Below are positions 23,336 to 36,730 of a stretch of DNA of 64,000 bases, piece by piece; position 1 is the stretch's first letter, and each line of letters starts with the position of its first letter. Source of the stretch: Octopus sinensis (Eukaryota); NCBI RefSeq assembly GCF_006345805.1, contig NC_042999.1:117304001-117368000 (forward strand). The letters are read 5' to 3'. The position numbers and the translations under genes were made by a program. Below the pieces are notes generated by a model that was not told the DNA's origin, did no database searches, and was given only the letters and a program-made list of their open reading frames with translations.

Positions 23336-25152
23336 TTACACAGTGAAAAATGACTATTGTTAATGACGTATCGTAGACTGTAGCTTTATTTCCTGTCATA
23401 ATTATGAGCATCTCTGTATTATTTTAGTTTCTGTGGTGGGTCATTCACAGTAAAAATCAATTAGCTGTGTAGAATAAAAAAAAGTAAAGATTGTCTCAGT
23501 GCCCAAATCTCTTCAACACCCTAGCATCGATATCAAATGACTTTTACGCAGAATCAGTAGGTTAAAACACCCTTAACCCCTCCAATAATCTATTTCCCAA
23601 AATGGAGTCTCAAAAGGACCCTTTCTCTTATGCACTCTTAACAAATTATCCCAACACGATCTTAGAGCACTCTTCGACAAAACTTAGGTTAATTGGTTGG
23701 GTGATGGCCTAGTAGTAAGGAAACAACTTCAACATAATCAGTTATAAAAATGTTAGTTGTCATTTACTGAATGTATTCCTCGCATTATTATTATACATAA
23801 TATACACGCACTAGCAAAATTAGTATATGTTCTAGTACTATATAAGCTGAATGAGTGACGATAGCCATTTCAAACTAAGAAATCAGAAGAAAAAAATGTT
23901 ATCGTGAATTCATTTGATGTTGGTTACTGAATTAGGGATATATTATTAAATAGCAAAATTAGAAATAATTTAGAGCATGTAATTAGAGATGAGTAATTAT
24001 AGATATGTAATTATAGATAAGAGAAAATGGAGGCATAAGATTCAGTATTTTCGGTGTCAGTAGTTAAAAGGTAAAAAGAATAAAGTAAATACGAGACTTT
24101 GGAGAATCAAATGCCGTTTTCAATAGCATCAAATGATAGATGATAGTGTGGTAGGGCAGACTGAATACATTAACGAAGATTGAATAGTTTCTCTCGATGA
24201 ATTAACTATATCAAAGTACTCAATTGATTACCATTTCTTCCATGCATCACTAAAATAACTCTTCAACCGCCACACCTTTCCATTTCATTTCGATATCTAC
24301 ATATATTGAAAAAATCTTTCGTGTGAGTAATCAATAAGATACCAGCCATAGTAAGGTAATAAGCGAAAGATAGAGAACAAGATAGAAGCAGCAATAATGA
24401 AAGGAATATGAATAATAAAACTGGTAAATCAGAAAAAAGAAGAGAAAGATAGATAGATAGACAGATAGACAGATAGACAGATAGGTATAAAGACAGACAA
24501 ATATATAGATAAATAGATAGATATAAAGGCAGCCAGACAAACAAACAGACAGACACATAGATTTAGAGAGAGGGGAAGAGATAGCTAGATAGATAGAGAG
24601 AGAGAGGCGGAGACATAGAACTTTAACTTAACATCATTGCTTGGAAATGAAGGACAAATGAAGGGGATGTGATCTGGATATTTTTGAAACCACTATATGT
24701 AACTGCAAATAAATGCTATAACATCTAATATCCTGTCATTTACTTCATAATTTTTCGATTAATTTCTTGCTGCTTACTTAAAAGTATTACATTGATTTTA
24801 CAGTAAGGCAAAATGTGTAGAACTAATTAAAAGACATCTTATTTTCAGAAACTCATTTGAAAAATATACTTTCATGCTTTAGAAACTATCTACTTTATGC
24901 TTGTACATACACCCGAAAACTGTAAAATTTTACAAGATCATTTAGGAGCTGAAAGAATCTCCTGGATTTCATACAGTGTAAAATAAATCCAATTTGTAAC
25001 TCAGGTCAGATCGAAATGTCAGCAATCAAATCGAGGAGGACGGGTGGACTAGATTATGATGTATTCTATGTTGGCAAGTATAAAATGACGTAATCACATA
25101 TGAAGTAAATGCTAACCAGAGCGAACACGCAACTCCACATACATGCACAAAC

Positions 25153-25190
<38 letters not shown>

Positions 25191-25469
25191 TCACACACAA
25201 GAAACTGTTGGTTGTTAAGCTAGCGATGAGGGGATGGAATATATATACAAAGTGCGAGAAGCATTGTCACTAATGGGGAATAAAGAGAGGGAGAGAGAAA
25301 GAGAAAGAGAGAGAGAAAGAGAGAGTGAGAAAGAGTGAGAGTAAGAAAGAGAGTGATTTTTTGTGAGAGAGGGAGAGGGAGAGAGAGTGAGAAGGAGAGA
25401 GAGAGAGAGAGCTCAAAATCCAGAACAAATCAATGCAGAACTTATTCTATCGGACGTGGGGTTCTACAT

Positions 25470-25600
25470 AGTCCTAGTCTACCAAATTCATTCACAAGGC
25501 ATTACTTGATCCGGGGCTGTAGTAGAAGACACCCATCCTAGGTTACATATTAGGAGACTAACCACAAAATCGCGTGATTGCGAACTGAATTTCTTAACAT
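25470..25600 (-). mobile_element. SINE family B 5' fragment
   Basis: GTCTACCAAATTCATTCACAAGGC...GGGGCTGTAGTAGAAGACAC. Confidence 0.6.
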
Positions 25601-26170
25601 GTCTGCACCAAATATCATTTCTATGAAAGTAGACATATTTGATGAGTTAACATACCTTTCCTTAACTTGATTGTGTATCGCTTACAGATTATATAACAAG
25701 GTATTGTATCGATATTTCCTTGTCGGAGCGACCCGAAAGTAAGGAAAAAATGAATAATACTCATCGTCTTTAGAGCTGATAGGATGTTGTGTCGGTTCAA
25801 GAAAGAGTAGCTTGCATTATATCATTCATGAGATGCGGTAATTATGTGTAAAATACTTAATATTTAACATTTGATTACACCCAGCTCTAAACCGTTAGCT
25901 TGCTGGTTGGTTCAGAAAGAACTGTGTAACTAATGGATCTGTTTTAGGTTAGCAATGTTCAAGGACCTAAAGTAGGTTTTGTGGTTTTAGATGTGCCGAT
26001 GTTTGTATTTACAACTGCAGAGTAGTTTCTGTTTTGTTCTAAAAGAGAAATGCCAAAATTTGCATCTAATTTGTTGTAAATCCATTTCAGTATACCACAT
26101 GTATATAATGTGCATGTAAGTGTTTGTGTGTGTGCGTGGTGTGTGATATAGTGCGATATGATGTGGTGTG

Positions 26171-26276
<106 letters not shown>

Positions 26277-26956
26277 TGTTTATGTATGTGTATCAATAAT
26301 CTTGTAAGTTTGAACTAAGAAGCCCTCGGGAAATATATAAAATATTTCCTACAATTTACATTTTCCTCCTAGCATACCAGGAGATTCTTGAAAAATCGGG
26401 AGATATTCACAGAAGCTTCATTCTGAAATATTTCACCCTTAAACTAATAATTCAGTTCCCTCAAGTAGCGTTAGATATGTCATCACGATCTGTTGCATTC
26501 TCAATTGTATTTATAATCATATTTCCTGTTTTCTCTCGTCATTATGTATTTGCTATTAGTTGATTATTTTACTGCACCATATAAAAAGAAAAACGGAAAG
26601 GAGACTGGTAAATTTCTGTCGTTGCATTTGAAATATTAAAAATGCTTTTAGAAATACGGATGGAAGTAAAATTCTCGTATTGATCATTGAATGAAACTGT
26701 TAGCCTTTTTTGGCTGCGTAACTTGTAATTACTCCTTTAAAAGAACTGTTAGAGAATCTGTAAAACGGTTCCACAACTGTTTACCTCGAAAGATGCACAA
26801 CTTACACCTAATTAAGTGTGATCAGAGAGAAAATCTCTTCGATACGGCTATCCATCTCCAAGTGACACACATGAGAATACTACATGGTAATGAAGCAATA
26901 CCTAGCGAAACTACCGCCTCTGATGTGTATATTTACAAATTCTCCTTTCTTGTATA

Positions 26957-27186
26957 TGTTTTCTTATTACCCACAAGGGGCTAAACATAGAGGGGACAAA
27001 CAAAGACAGACAAGCGAATTAAGTCGATTACAACGACCCCAGTGTGTAACTGGTACTTAATTTATCGACCCTGAAAGGATGAAAGGCAAAGTCGACCTCG
27101 GCGGAATTTGAACTCAGAACGCAGCGGCGGACGAAATACCGCAAAGCATTTCGCCCGGCGTGCTAACGATTCTACCAGCTCGCCGC
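26957..27186 (-). mobile_element. Full-length SINE family A with a perfect 15 bp TSD
   Basis: TSD CTCCTTTCTTGTATA at 26942-26956 and 27187-27201. Confidence 0.92.
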
Positions 27187-28217
27187 CTCCTTTCTTGTAT
27201 AGTTTACTTGCAGTTAGCAAGAGAGCTCTGCATTGTCGCTGAAATATAAATAACAGCCATATACACTCAAATCATACCCTATGTTTTAATACAAAAACGT
27301 GGAATGATCATACATTTGATCATAAGCCTTCCTGATCAGAGTTAACCTCTGATTAAGTAGGCTTATTGATCAAGTTGAGCGTTAATTTTGAGATACTAAG
27401 TACAGTTGTTCAGTTCCTTATCTCAGATTTTATCGTTTTAAGATATCTTTAACAGTTTGGTTATTTACAATTCTTATAATAGAAAATGTCATTAGCATTT
27501 ATTGATTTATATTCGGTTAGATGAATCCGCCATTTTACTCCTCGCTTCATTATCATTTTTTTACATCTGGTTCTCACAAGTTTAATAGTACAAATTTCCT
27601 TACTCTACTTGGATGACCTTTACATGTTTTGTTTTTTTCGTTGTCGATGTCTTTTAAAATACTACTTTTGCTAATAAGCCATATTGTTCATTATGATATT
27701 GGAAAATTTCCCATGGGTGCTTTCTGTATAAAGAACATAGTTAAATGCCTGATACAATACTTAAACTAGTGAGCCGAAAATATTTTTCAATCAAATGAAA
27801 TTATAATCGTAATGAGAAAATGAATAATGAGCGTTAATGAAAATTTATCTCAAAGGGAGCCAAAAAGAAAACTCCAGAAGTTGTAATCGACCCAAAATAC
27901 GATTAGTACAAAATATGAGTTTTCATCCTTGCCAATTTTCATTACCATCATTGAGTTTCCTTCTCCATAAGATTATATTCTCAGTTGATTAATTATCATT
28001 TTTGCATGACCACATCAAGTATAGTAACTTGTACTTAACTATATTGCTCACCATATTTATATTATTTCAAAATTAAATTTTCTATGAAGTGTATGACATC
28101 GCAATTCCATGAAGAATAGAGGAATCTAGTTTTATTTTACTTCACTTTTTAATTTTCAACAAAATCAACACTCGTATCATGATCGAAATGTCAAATATGT
28201 TCTAAGTATCATAATAT

Positions 28218-28437
28218 TCCTTTTTTTCCTACTCTAGGCACAAGGCCCGAAATATTTGGGGAAGGGGTGCCAGTCAATTAGATTGACCCCAGTACGCAAC
28301 TGTTACTTAATTTATCGACCCCGAAAGGATAAAAAGAAAAGGCGACTTCGGCGGAATTTGAACTAAGAACGTAAAGACAGACGAAATACTGCTAAGCATT
28401 TCGTCCGGCATGCTAACGTTTCTGCCATCACACCGCC
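28218..28437 (-). mobile_element. SINE family A with an 18 bp TSD
   Basis: TTCTAAGT(A/C)TCATAATAT at 28200-28217 and 28438-28455. Confidence 0.88.
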
Positions 28438-29558
28438 TTCTAAGTCTCATAATATAAATTTCAAAACACACACAAGACTTCACATTTATGCGATTGGGTA
28501 AAATCATTAAAATTAATTTTGATACTTAACAGGTATTTTATTTAGTAACGATCGCTAGTTATCTCCACGCAGTTTCAAAATAGTGCAATAACGAAAGATA
28601 AAAATGTCTTGGGAACATTGGTTCATGGAATATTCCTTAGCCTTTGTAGAAGTCAATAAATTTCATTTGTGCTGCGTATGATATTCAAAACACACAACAC
28701 TCGCGCGAACGTCTTGGAATCTCATTGTTTCGCCCCACTGAGTATGAAATTATGGGTGTTCATAATTACCTTTACGATTAGAAAAACTTAAAAAAAAAAC
28801 AAACCCAAAACCATGAAAAACAAGGATATCTCAGCAGAATTTATTGAAAAACATAGGCAAAGAAATAAAGTTTTATTAGAAACTTCCATTGACTGCACGT
28901 AACACATTGACAAATTTCAACTTACAGATACAGTAAATTGTGGAAGTTGTAAAGATAATTTGTGAACACCCTGTCTGTTATCAATTGTTCTATTTCTCTG
29001 CAAAGGTAACTCAGCAGAAATTTAATTGAAAATTGAATTTCCTGGAAAATACTTTACTCTATTTTTAAATATCATATTATATTTTTCGAATCAACTGAAA
29101 AGGGATCTTTTGCCAGTGGTATTATACAGGTAGTTAGTTTCTTCTGTCAACATTTCCTTTTCTTCCGTTTTTTTGTTTTTATATTACATTCTCCATCAAT
29201 CCATCGATTAAAAATAAGATTATATTATCAATGACATTATATCATAAATTAAAGGGTTAAAACAATCGAAATGTGCTAGGTCGAGATGCTTTTAATATTA
29301 GTTTTATCCTAATATTAAAACTTTCATGTGATAACGATCTGTAAGCCTAGCGTTTAAAACCAGCTTTAACTAACGTCTTTCATGAGCAGATGATATTTCA
29401 GTAATTTTTCAGAATACTCTGATATATGTTTCTCTCAAAAAGGTCATCTAAGGCAGCGCAGAAACATCAAGTGTGGGATGCATTAAATGCCAGTATCTTA
29501 TCTTGTAATTCAATATTTTATCAAATTGAATATTTCATCACTTTTCTGTGGTATCGTT

Positions 29559-30020
29559 AATATTGGTTTCAAATTTTGGCAAAAGGCCAGCAAGTTCGGA
29601 GGAGAGAATAAGTTGATTAACTAGATCCCAGTGCTTAACTAATACTTACTTTATCGATCCTGAAAGTATGAAAGGCAAAGTCGACATCGGCAGAATTTGA
29701 ACTCAGAGCGTAAAGATGGACGAAATGCCGTTAAGCATTTTGTACGGTATGCTAACGATTCTGTCAGCTCGCCGCCTTATGTTGAAACATTAATATTAAT
29801 GCAAGTTCTCTAGGGCAGCAAGCTGGCAGAATCATTTGCATGCTGGACAAAATGCTTAGCGGCATTTCGTTCGCCTTTATGTTCTGAGTTCAGATTCCGC
29901 CAAGATCGACTTAGCCTTTTATCCTTTCGGATTAAAAAAAAGTACCAGTTAAGTGCTGAGGTCGATGTAATTGACATACCCCAGCCCTGAACTTGCTAGT
30001 CTTCTGTCAAAATTTGAAAC
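29559..30020. mobile_element. Head-to-head pair of SINE family A copies (minus 29559-29776, plus 29813-30020)
   Basis: Complementary bodies; the second copy has TSD TAATATTAATG(C/T)AAGTTCTC at 29791-29810 and 30021-30040. Confidence 0.85.
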
Positions 30021-31752
30021 TAATATTAATGTAAGTTCTCGGATACAAGCCACATATTACCCATTTTCTAAAAACATTTATTCTTTAGAAATGTAGTCTT
30101 CTGGAATTCCATCTAACCTAGTTTATTGTATTTAATTTTATTATATATATTTTTTTGGCAGATATCAACCTACGAATATATTTCAACTAAATTATGACTG
30201 ATCTGGGAGGGTCTATAAATGCCTCGTGTGTAGCTCATGCCGCTTGGTGGTCCTCATCTTTTTTCTCTGCGTATCGCTGTCCAAATTCAATAGGAAAGAT
30301 GCAGTAGTTTCACTGATATTTCGTTTTAATTTCCTGCTCACAAATTTTTCAGTTTTACTTATTTGATAGGTGGAAACTATGGCGTTTGCCATAGAATCAC
30401 TTGGTTATATAAAATGCGAATGAAGCCCGATAAGTTTTCCATTCGTAAAGAACTCAGTATCGCCATCCAAAGAAAGAAAAGATAGTTTTTAAAAATTTTT
30501 ATTTATAATAATCCCGTTACTTTAAATAATTATTCATAACACCTAGTTTCGAAATGCCTACAAAAGCCAAACTTATTTAATTAGAACTAAAAAAAGTCAA
30601 ATAGCAAAATAAAACGATCAAGACCACTCGTATTTGCTTGCAATTAAGGTGTTTTCAATTTAGAATCGTTGAAAGCTAAATAATACTGACCGTGTATACA
30701 AACTATAGATCAGTCAGTTGGTTGCCTAGCATCCTATCATATCGATGTCTCACCCATCTAGAGGTTCATGCATAATCAAGAAATTAGCAGTAGTGTTGTT
30801 CTTGGCTTAGTGGTAGATAAGAAAGGCCTTGGTGAACAGAATTTTCAAACTAATTCAGTCAACATTTTCCTAGACATACAGTAAAGCAAGAAATCAATGT
30901 TATTCCTGAAGTAAATATGTTTATACGTGATTAGACTGGAAACGTAGAGCAAGATTATTCCACAAATACAACCACCCCCTAAAAATAAAGACATAAAAAT
31001 TATGAACACAAGTCTGTTCTTTTTTCTTCTCAAATGAAAAGTTTAAAGTTTTTCTACATTTCAGGAAAGTGGTTTTTTTTATCAGCGAAAATGTAAGATA
31101 ATATTTACTATTTTTATCTTCCGAAGATTATGAATTTTCCTTCAGTTTTCATCATTATTTTTCTATCCAGTAATTTGTTCTGCATTGATTATTTGAACAC
31201 TTTTAATTTCAACTCAACTCGTTAGAAGACAATTAGACTAAAAGTTTAACTTTCTCAAAATCAAAGTCGGGTTAAATTGTTACCGAGAGACATCCACCCC
31301 ACCCCCCAAATATAAAGAAATAAATAATCATGTAAAACAAACAATAACAGCGAATGCTTCGAAAATTATTTCTGTTTCTATCAATAAGATCCGAGAGAAA
31401 TGTGACATGATGAAGCTGAAAATTAGTCTAAAATCAAATACATCGCACGTAATGAATATGCTAATTTAAATTAAAGCTTATTTACACGCACGTGCGTGCT
31501 CGTGCACACACATTCCTGCGAAGATACACACCCACATTTAAAATGCTTTCAACTCTGCGGTATCAAAATATTTTACCTTCTTCTAATATAATAACTTTGC
31601 CATAATGAGCAGAAGAAAGAATCAGCATGTCAGTTTATATTCTACTCTTGCTGTGGGTTATTGATTTATTTTACATCGGAACAAGTAAAGTTAGTTCGAA
31701 CATAATATGTTACTGGGTTCTATTAAATGAACATGAATGACAGGACATCAAA

Positions 31753-31790
<38 letters not shown>

Positions 31791-33214
31791 ATAAGCATGT
31801 AACAAATCCATAGGCTTCTTATTGATGGGTACATATACTGTTTTATTCTGATAATTAAACGTAACTACGAACTTAATAGGTAAATTAATAGCTGTAAATA
31901 TATGTATGATAAACTGATAAAATTCAGGCCATAAGAAACTGGAGCAAAATATAATTCACTAGTTTCTTGTTAAATTGTAAGCATGAGTTTATATATTTTT
32001 CTGGAGAAGGCAGCGAGAAATTATTGTAGTTTATTATTCCTTGCGTCACAGAATTAATTATGTCTTCAAAAGAGTTCAACAACCGAATGGATTACGGAAA
32101 TAAGAATTAACAAAGAATGCAAAGATAACTTCTCTTTGGAAGTATTTAAACTCAGGATATTGTGCAATTCAGCTTATATACAGTAAGGTATCCAGTTGGG
32201 CATTTATTTACTGTAATTGTCTATGCCACCTTTACGCAATTTCTCTTTCAGTAGTAAACTAATATCCGATTATTTGAACCGATTTAGATTTAAAGAATCA
32301 GCTTAATTATGATTATCCTAAGCAATAGATTAGAGTTATATCGAAATAGAGAGATTAATTTTGTTCTTCACAAAATGCAGTGGATCTGAAATATGTTACG
32401 GAAATAAGAAATGCGATAGCCAGTGAAAGGATTGTCTAATTAAGACTACTTGTATAATATTAATTTGTAGTGCGGGCAGCAATCGATAGAATACGAATGA
32501 AGCCGGATAAGTGTGATCAGCTCCTTATAACTGAAATCTAAGTCATAGATTCAATTCCTTGTCCTGATATTTCACTATTCATCATATGAACAATTATGAA
32601 TGTAGTTAATTGCACAGAGAAGGATGGGTTCATGCAAGTTTACTTGCCCTCAACACAGAACGTAAGGACAACATTTTCTGTGTTGATTCAACTTTCCATT
32701 ATGGGTTACGAAACATTAAAATCTAATGAAACGAAGTTAAATATGTGAGTATCTAACACTTAAACATTGAACTAATATTTAGCAAGAAGTTCTGTTTTAA
32801 TTCGATGACGTTGAAATGTATGCTAGTATTACCTAATGTTATCTAGAATAATACCTTATAAGGTAGAAGATAATCTTTTAATAGATGTAGCTGAAGGTGA
32901 CTTTCTATTCGTGGCATAACTGAAATGTTATAGGAAATGCATTTCATTGTATTAATGACTAGAAAACATGAAAGCATGTAGGCTTACATCATTGAAGAGA
33001 ACTGCAGATTTAGTTATAAATGGCTCCTTCATAACAAAATGCATAAATGGAATTACATAATTCTAATTACGAAGGAAATTAAGTTTAAGTTGAAAGGGCA
33101 ATTTTCTGCTGGTTGTGTTCAGTGTTAACGTATCTTCTGAAGTTTCATTTAGCCGAGGCTTTCGCTCCATAAATTTCTGTAAATGGATTCAAGAATAGCT
33201 AAGTGATTCAGAAA

Positions 33215-33650
33215 TTCGTTTCATAATCATTTAATCTCGGGTAGCATTCCATCACATGACATCTTGGGTGTTTTATACCAGCGTCTCGGGTCGACAAGAG
33301 CCTTGTGAGGGTAACGGTTTAGTAGGAAACAATGTGGAAGCCCGTTAAATATATTAGACCTTTTATTCAAAGGCCTAATGTAGGATACGACAAATTTCTG
33401 TGTCGTTTGATTTAGTGGGTGTTATTTTATTTCAACTTTAGAGCAGCGAGTTGATACACTCCATAGAACAGAAAAAGGCATTGCAACATTTCTTCTGGAT
33501 GTCTACATTCTGAGTTAAAATCATTCTGAAGTCAACTTTGCCTTTTATCCCCCCACCCAGGTCAATAAAGTAAAGTCCTAGTTTAGTAATGGCTTGATGG
33601 TATCGAATAATACCCTCCTCTCAAATTGCAGGGCATATCCCTGCATCAGA
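33215..33650 (+). mobile_element. Old SINE family B fragment followed by an old SINE family A copy
   Basis: GTCTCGGGTCGACAAGAGCCTTGTGAG; TTCTGAGTTAAAATCATTCTGAAGTCAACTTTGCCTTTTATCC. Confidence 0.6.
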
Positions 33651-34734
33651 AACTATTTCCTTTCCACTTAAGATTTGTGGTTATTTATTCAAAATTTACA
33701 TCATGCCAAGTCTCAATAAACCTTAACGTCACTTCCTCCATCATCAAACAGTTTTTTGTTATAAAAATTGAACTGTGAACAGAAGGTTAATGAACCACAC
33801 ATAAACAGAATTAAATAGATTTTGTGTTTAATTATGACTATTAAGTACAGACTCTTGCAGTGTTGTGTTGTTTTTTTAACCTTTCTTAATACGTCATTCG
33901 ATAACAATGTCGTTCGTCTACAGCAATGTGATTGTTGTTGTTATTTAACTACACTTTAGTTCTGACAGTGTAGATCTAGGATAAAAATATTTCGGCTGAG
34001 AAAAGTTTTTCAGACATAATGTCTCTTGAACTGTATTATCCAGTGTTTACATTTTAAGGCGGTAGATTGCTATGTGGAGAGATTAGGCTGTTACATCTGG
34101 TTGGTCGAGCGACTGGGTAGAGGATCTATCATTGGTTCGTCATAATTATAGTTGTAACGTGAACAAAAGATAAGCTTCTAACAGACTAAGTTCGCTAACT
34201 GGATTGCAATATATAGCCAAACATCCCTAAAATCTCTCTGTACCATCTTGAAAAATAGGCGAGGTACATGGCATGATATATTTCTAGGTATCATGAAAAA
34301 AAGGAACAACGCAAGAGAAGGATTCTAGTTGTTTAAAGCCGTTCGTTGTAGGTCTGCTCGATTAGAGATAATCTAGGACTAATCAAGAACACCGCCAAGA
34401 ACTTAACTTACGCTGCCAGTGCTTCCATCTCTTGAGAGGCATGATCATCGCACTACATTTTCTTTTCTTCGAATTTGTTCAATTTTGCAAAAGTAAGAAA
34501 TCAATAATAATTATTCACTATAGTTATTGTCACACAAGACAAAGAGGAGTGGTGAAGTCGGTGACAGTTCTTAATCACATAAATGATTCTGATTAAATTA
34601 ATTTGTCTGAAATATCAGCAATTTTTATGAAATATATTTATGATGTCGCTAAAGCATTCGACTATATAACGAATGCCATCACAACAGAATACATTTTAAT
34701 ATTGCATAATTACTAGGAAGGCAGTAAGTTAGTA

Positions 34735-35096
34735 AAATCAGTCGAACAGAGTATAAATGCAGTATTAAGTTATACCTCTTTATGTTCGGCATTCACATTA
34801 CCCACCCCATTCCTCGAGGTCAAATTTACCTTTCATAAGCCGAGATCGATAAAATAATTTTCTAATCAAGTAACTGTATTCATTTAATCGTCTGTATAGC
34901 TTCCCCAAAATGTATGAGCTTATGTCTATACTAGAAATCAATATTGCTTTCAAAGTTTAGCACAAAGCCAGCATGTTCAGGAGAGAGGTTAAGACGATTA
35001 CATTGACACTAGTGCTTAACTGGTATTTATTTTATCCATACTGGAAGGATGAAAATCAAAGTCGACCTCGGCGGAATCATACTAGAAATCAATATT
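34735..35096. mobile_element. Plus-strand SINE A with a 5'-truncated minus-strand SINE A inserted in its tail
   Basis: Perfect 18 bp TSD ATACTAGAAATCAATATT at 34928-34945 and 35079-35096. Confidence 0.8.
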
Positions 35097-35154
35097 ACAC
35101 TGACTACAAAGAGGTTGTGTTAGTAGAATCATTAAAATACTTGTTCATTCACAT

Positions 35155-35371
35155 ATTCTTTTATTCTTTTAATTGTTTCAGTCATTTGACTGCGGTCATA
35201 CGGAAGCACCGCCTTTAGTCGAGCAAATCGACCCCAGACCTTAATCTTTGTAAGCCTAGTACTTATTCTATCGGTATCTTTTGCCGAACCGCTAATTACG
35301 GGGATGTAAACACACCAGCATCGGTTGTCAAGCGATGTTGGAGGGACAAGCACAGACACAAACATATACAC

Positions 35372-35419
<48 letters not shown>

Positions 35420-35610
35420 TATATATATACATACATACATATATACGACGGGTTTCTTGCAGTTTCCGTCTACCAAATCCACCCACAAGGCTTTGGTCGG
35501 CCCGAGCTTATAGTAGAAGACACTTACCTAAGGTGCCACGCAGTGGGGCTGAACCCAGAATCATGTGGTTGGTAAGCAAGCTACTTACCATACAGGCTCT
35601 CCTGCGCCTA
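35155..35610 (-). mobile_element. Full-length SINE family B with an internal (TA)n/(CATA)n microsatellite
   Basis: tRNA-like head (minus strand GGTAAGTAGCTTGCTTACCAACCACATGATTCTGGGTTCAGCCCC), body, central microsatellite, tail GACTGAAACAATTAAAAGA. Confidence 0.88.
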
Positions 35611-36129
35611 TATCTTTACATTATAAATTCAAATCGCACTGATGTTAATGTTTGTCTTTCATCCCTTCCAGAACTGATAAAAATAAATGTCAGCCGAGAA
35701 GTAGGGCTGATTCAATTCGTGGTCTTACGCCAATAAATGCAAAGAAACGTATATTGTCTAAAAAAAGTATATACATTTACTAAATCTCATTTGAACGCTT
35801 GTGGTGATTTGTCTTTCATCCTTTCGGAATTGATAAAATAAATGCCAGTTGATTTAGTCGACTATTTCTCTTCGCATTTTGTGGCCTTATGCCAAGAATT
35901 GCAGAAAGGCATATAGTATTTTAGTAAATATATTTACTAAAATCATATCTTACTCACAGTGAAACAACTATGGAATACTGTATTGTTGTTCAGCATATGT
36001 TTTTGAATTCGGCTGGCATCGTGATTTGGGAATAGTTTCTTAAATAAACGTGTCCTCAATTAAGTTTCGATTCTCATTCAAAGTAATTTTACTTAATACG
36101 CAATGGTAATGTTTGTAGACAAGTATAGT

Positions 36130-36730
36130 TGCCATAACACTAGATGCTTGATAGACGGATAACTTTGTCTACTGGAAGTTTTCCAAGTAGACCAGCAGTC
36201 AATTTTAGTTGAAGTGAAAAAAAAAGAACATCCTACAATATATTGATTCACTGAGCTACATCTAAAGACTGTCTTTTTATAATGTATATAGAGCTGTTGG
36301 TTTTGCCTAAGCCTTGTTCAAGTAGAAATATGGTGAGAAACTTTCTGACCAAAACCATCCAATTTTTACAAACACAACATTTTTATGACTATATGAATAA
36401 ATACATTCTTTTTAAGACGGTAAAGCGTGATTTAAGAGAGATTATCTTTAGCAGATCGAGTGACAGTAGATACTTTCAAATGAAACCGGTTGGATGACTT
36501 GCACTTATTACTGATGGCAAAAAGAAAATGGAATACTACTGTGATATGAAAGACTGAATGATTCTACTCATACGTATCATATTCCAAGGAATGTGAAGAA
36601 GACATTGAGGGTGAGGAATGTCCTAATACTTTATCAAAAAGAAAAAATGTAATTATGAAGACTGAATGGAGCTCAACAAGAGTCGAAAGGCATTTCGGGA
36701 GTTTGCCACAGATATACTGAGTAGGTTAAT
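36130..36730 (+). pseudogene. Possible very old hAT transposase relic
   Basis: ACTAGATGCTT..AGACGGATAACTTTGTC resembles the TDACGR..ANFV motif; SSTRVERHFGSL resembles the hAT dimerisation motif SASVERSFS. Confidence 0.3.

Noticed and set aside
28540-28975. Possible mariner-type element ending GAACACCCTGT
   Set aside because: Only a short TIR-like end; no matching left end or transposase motif found.
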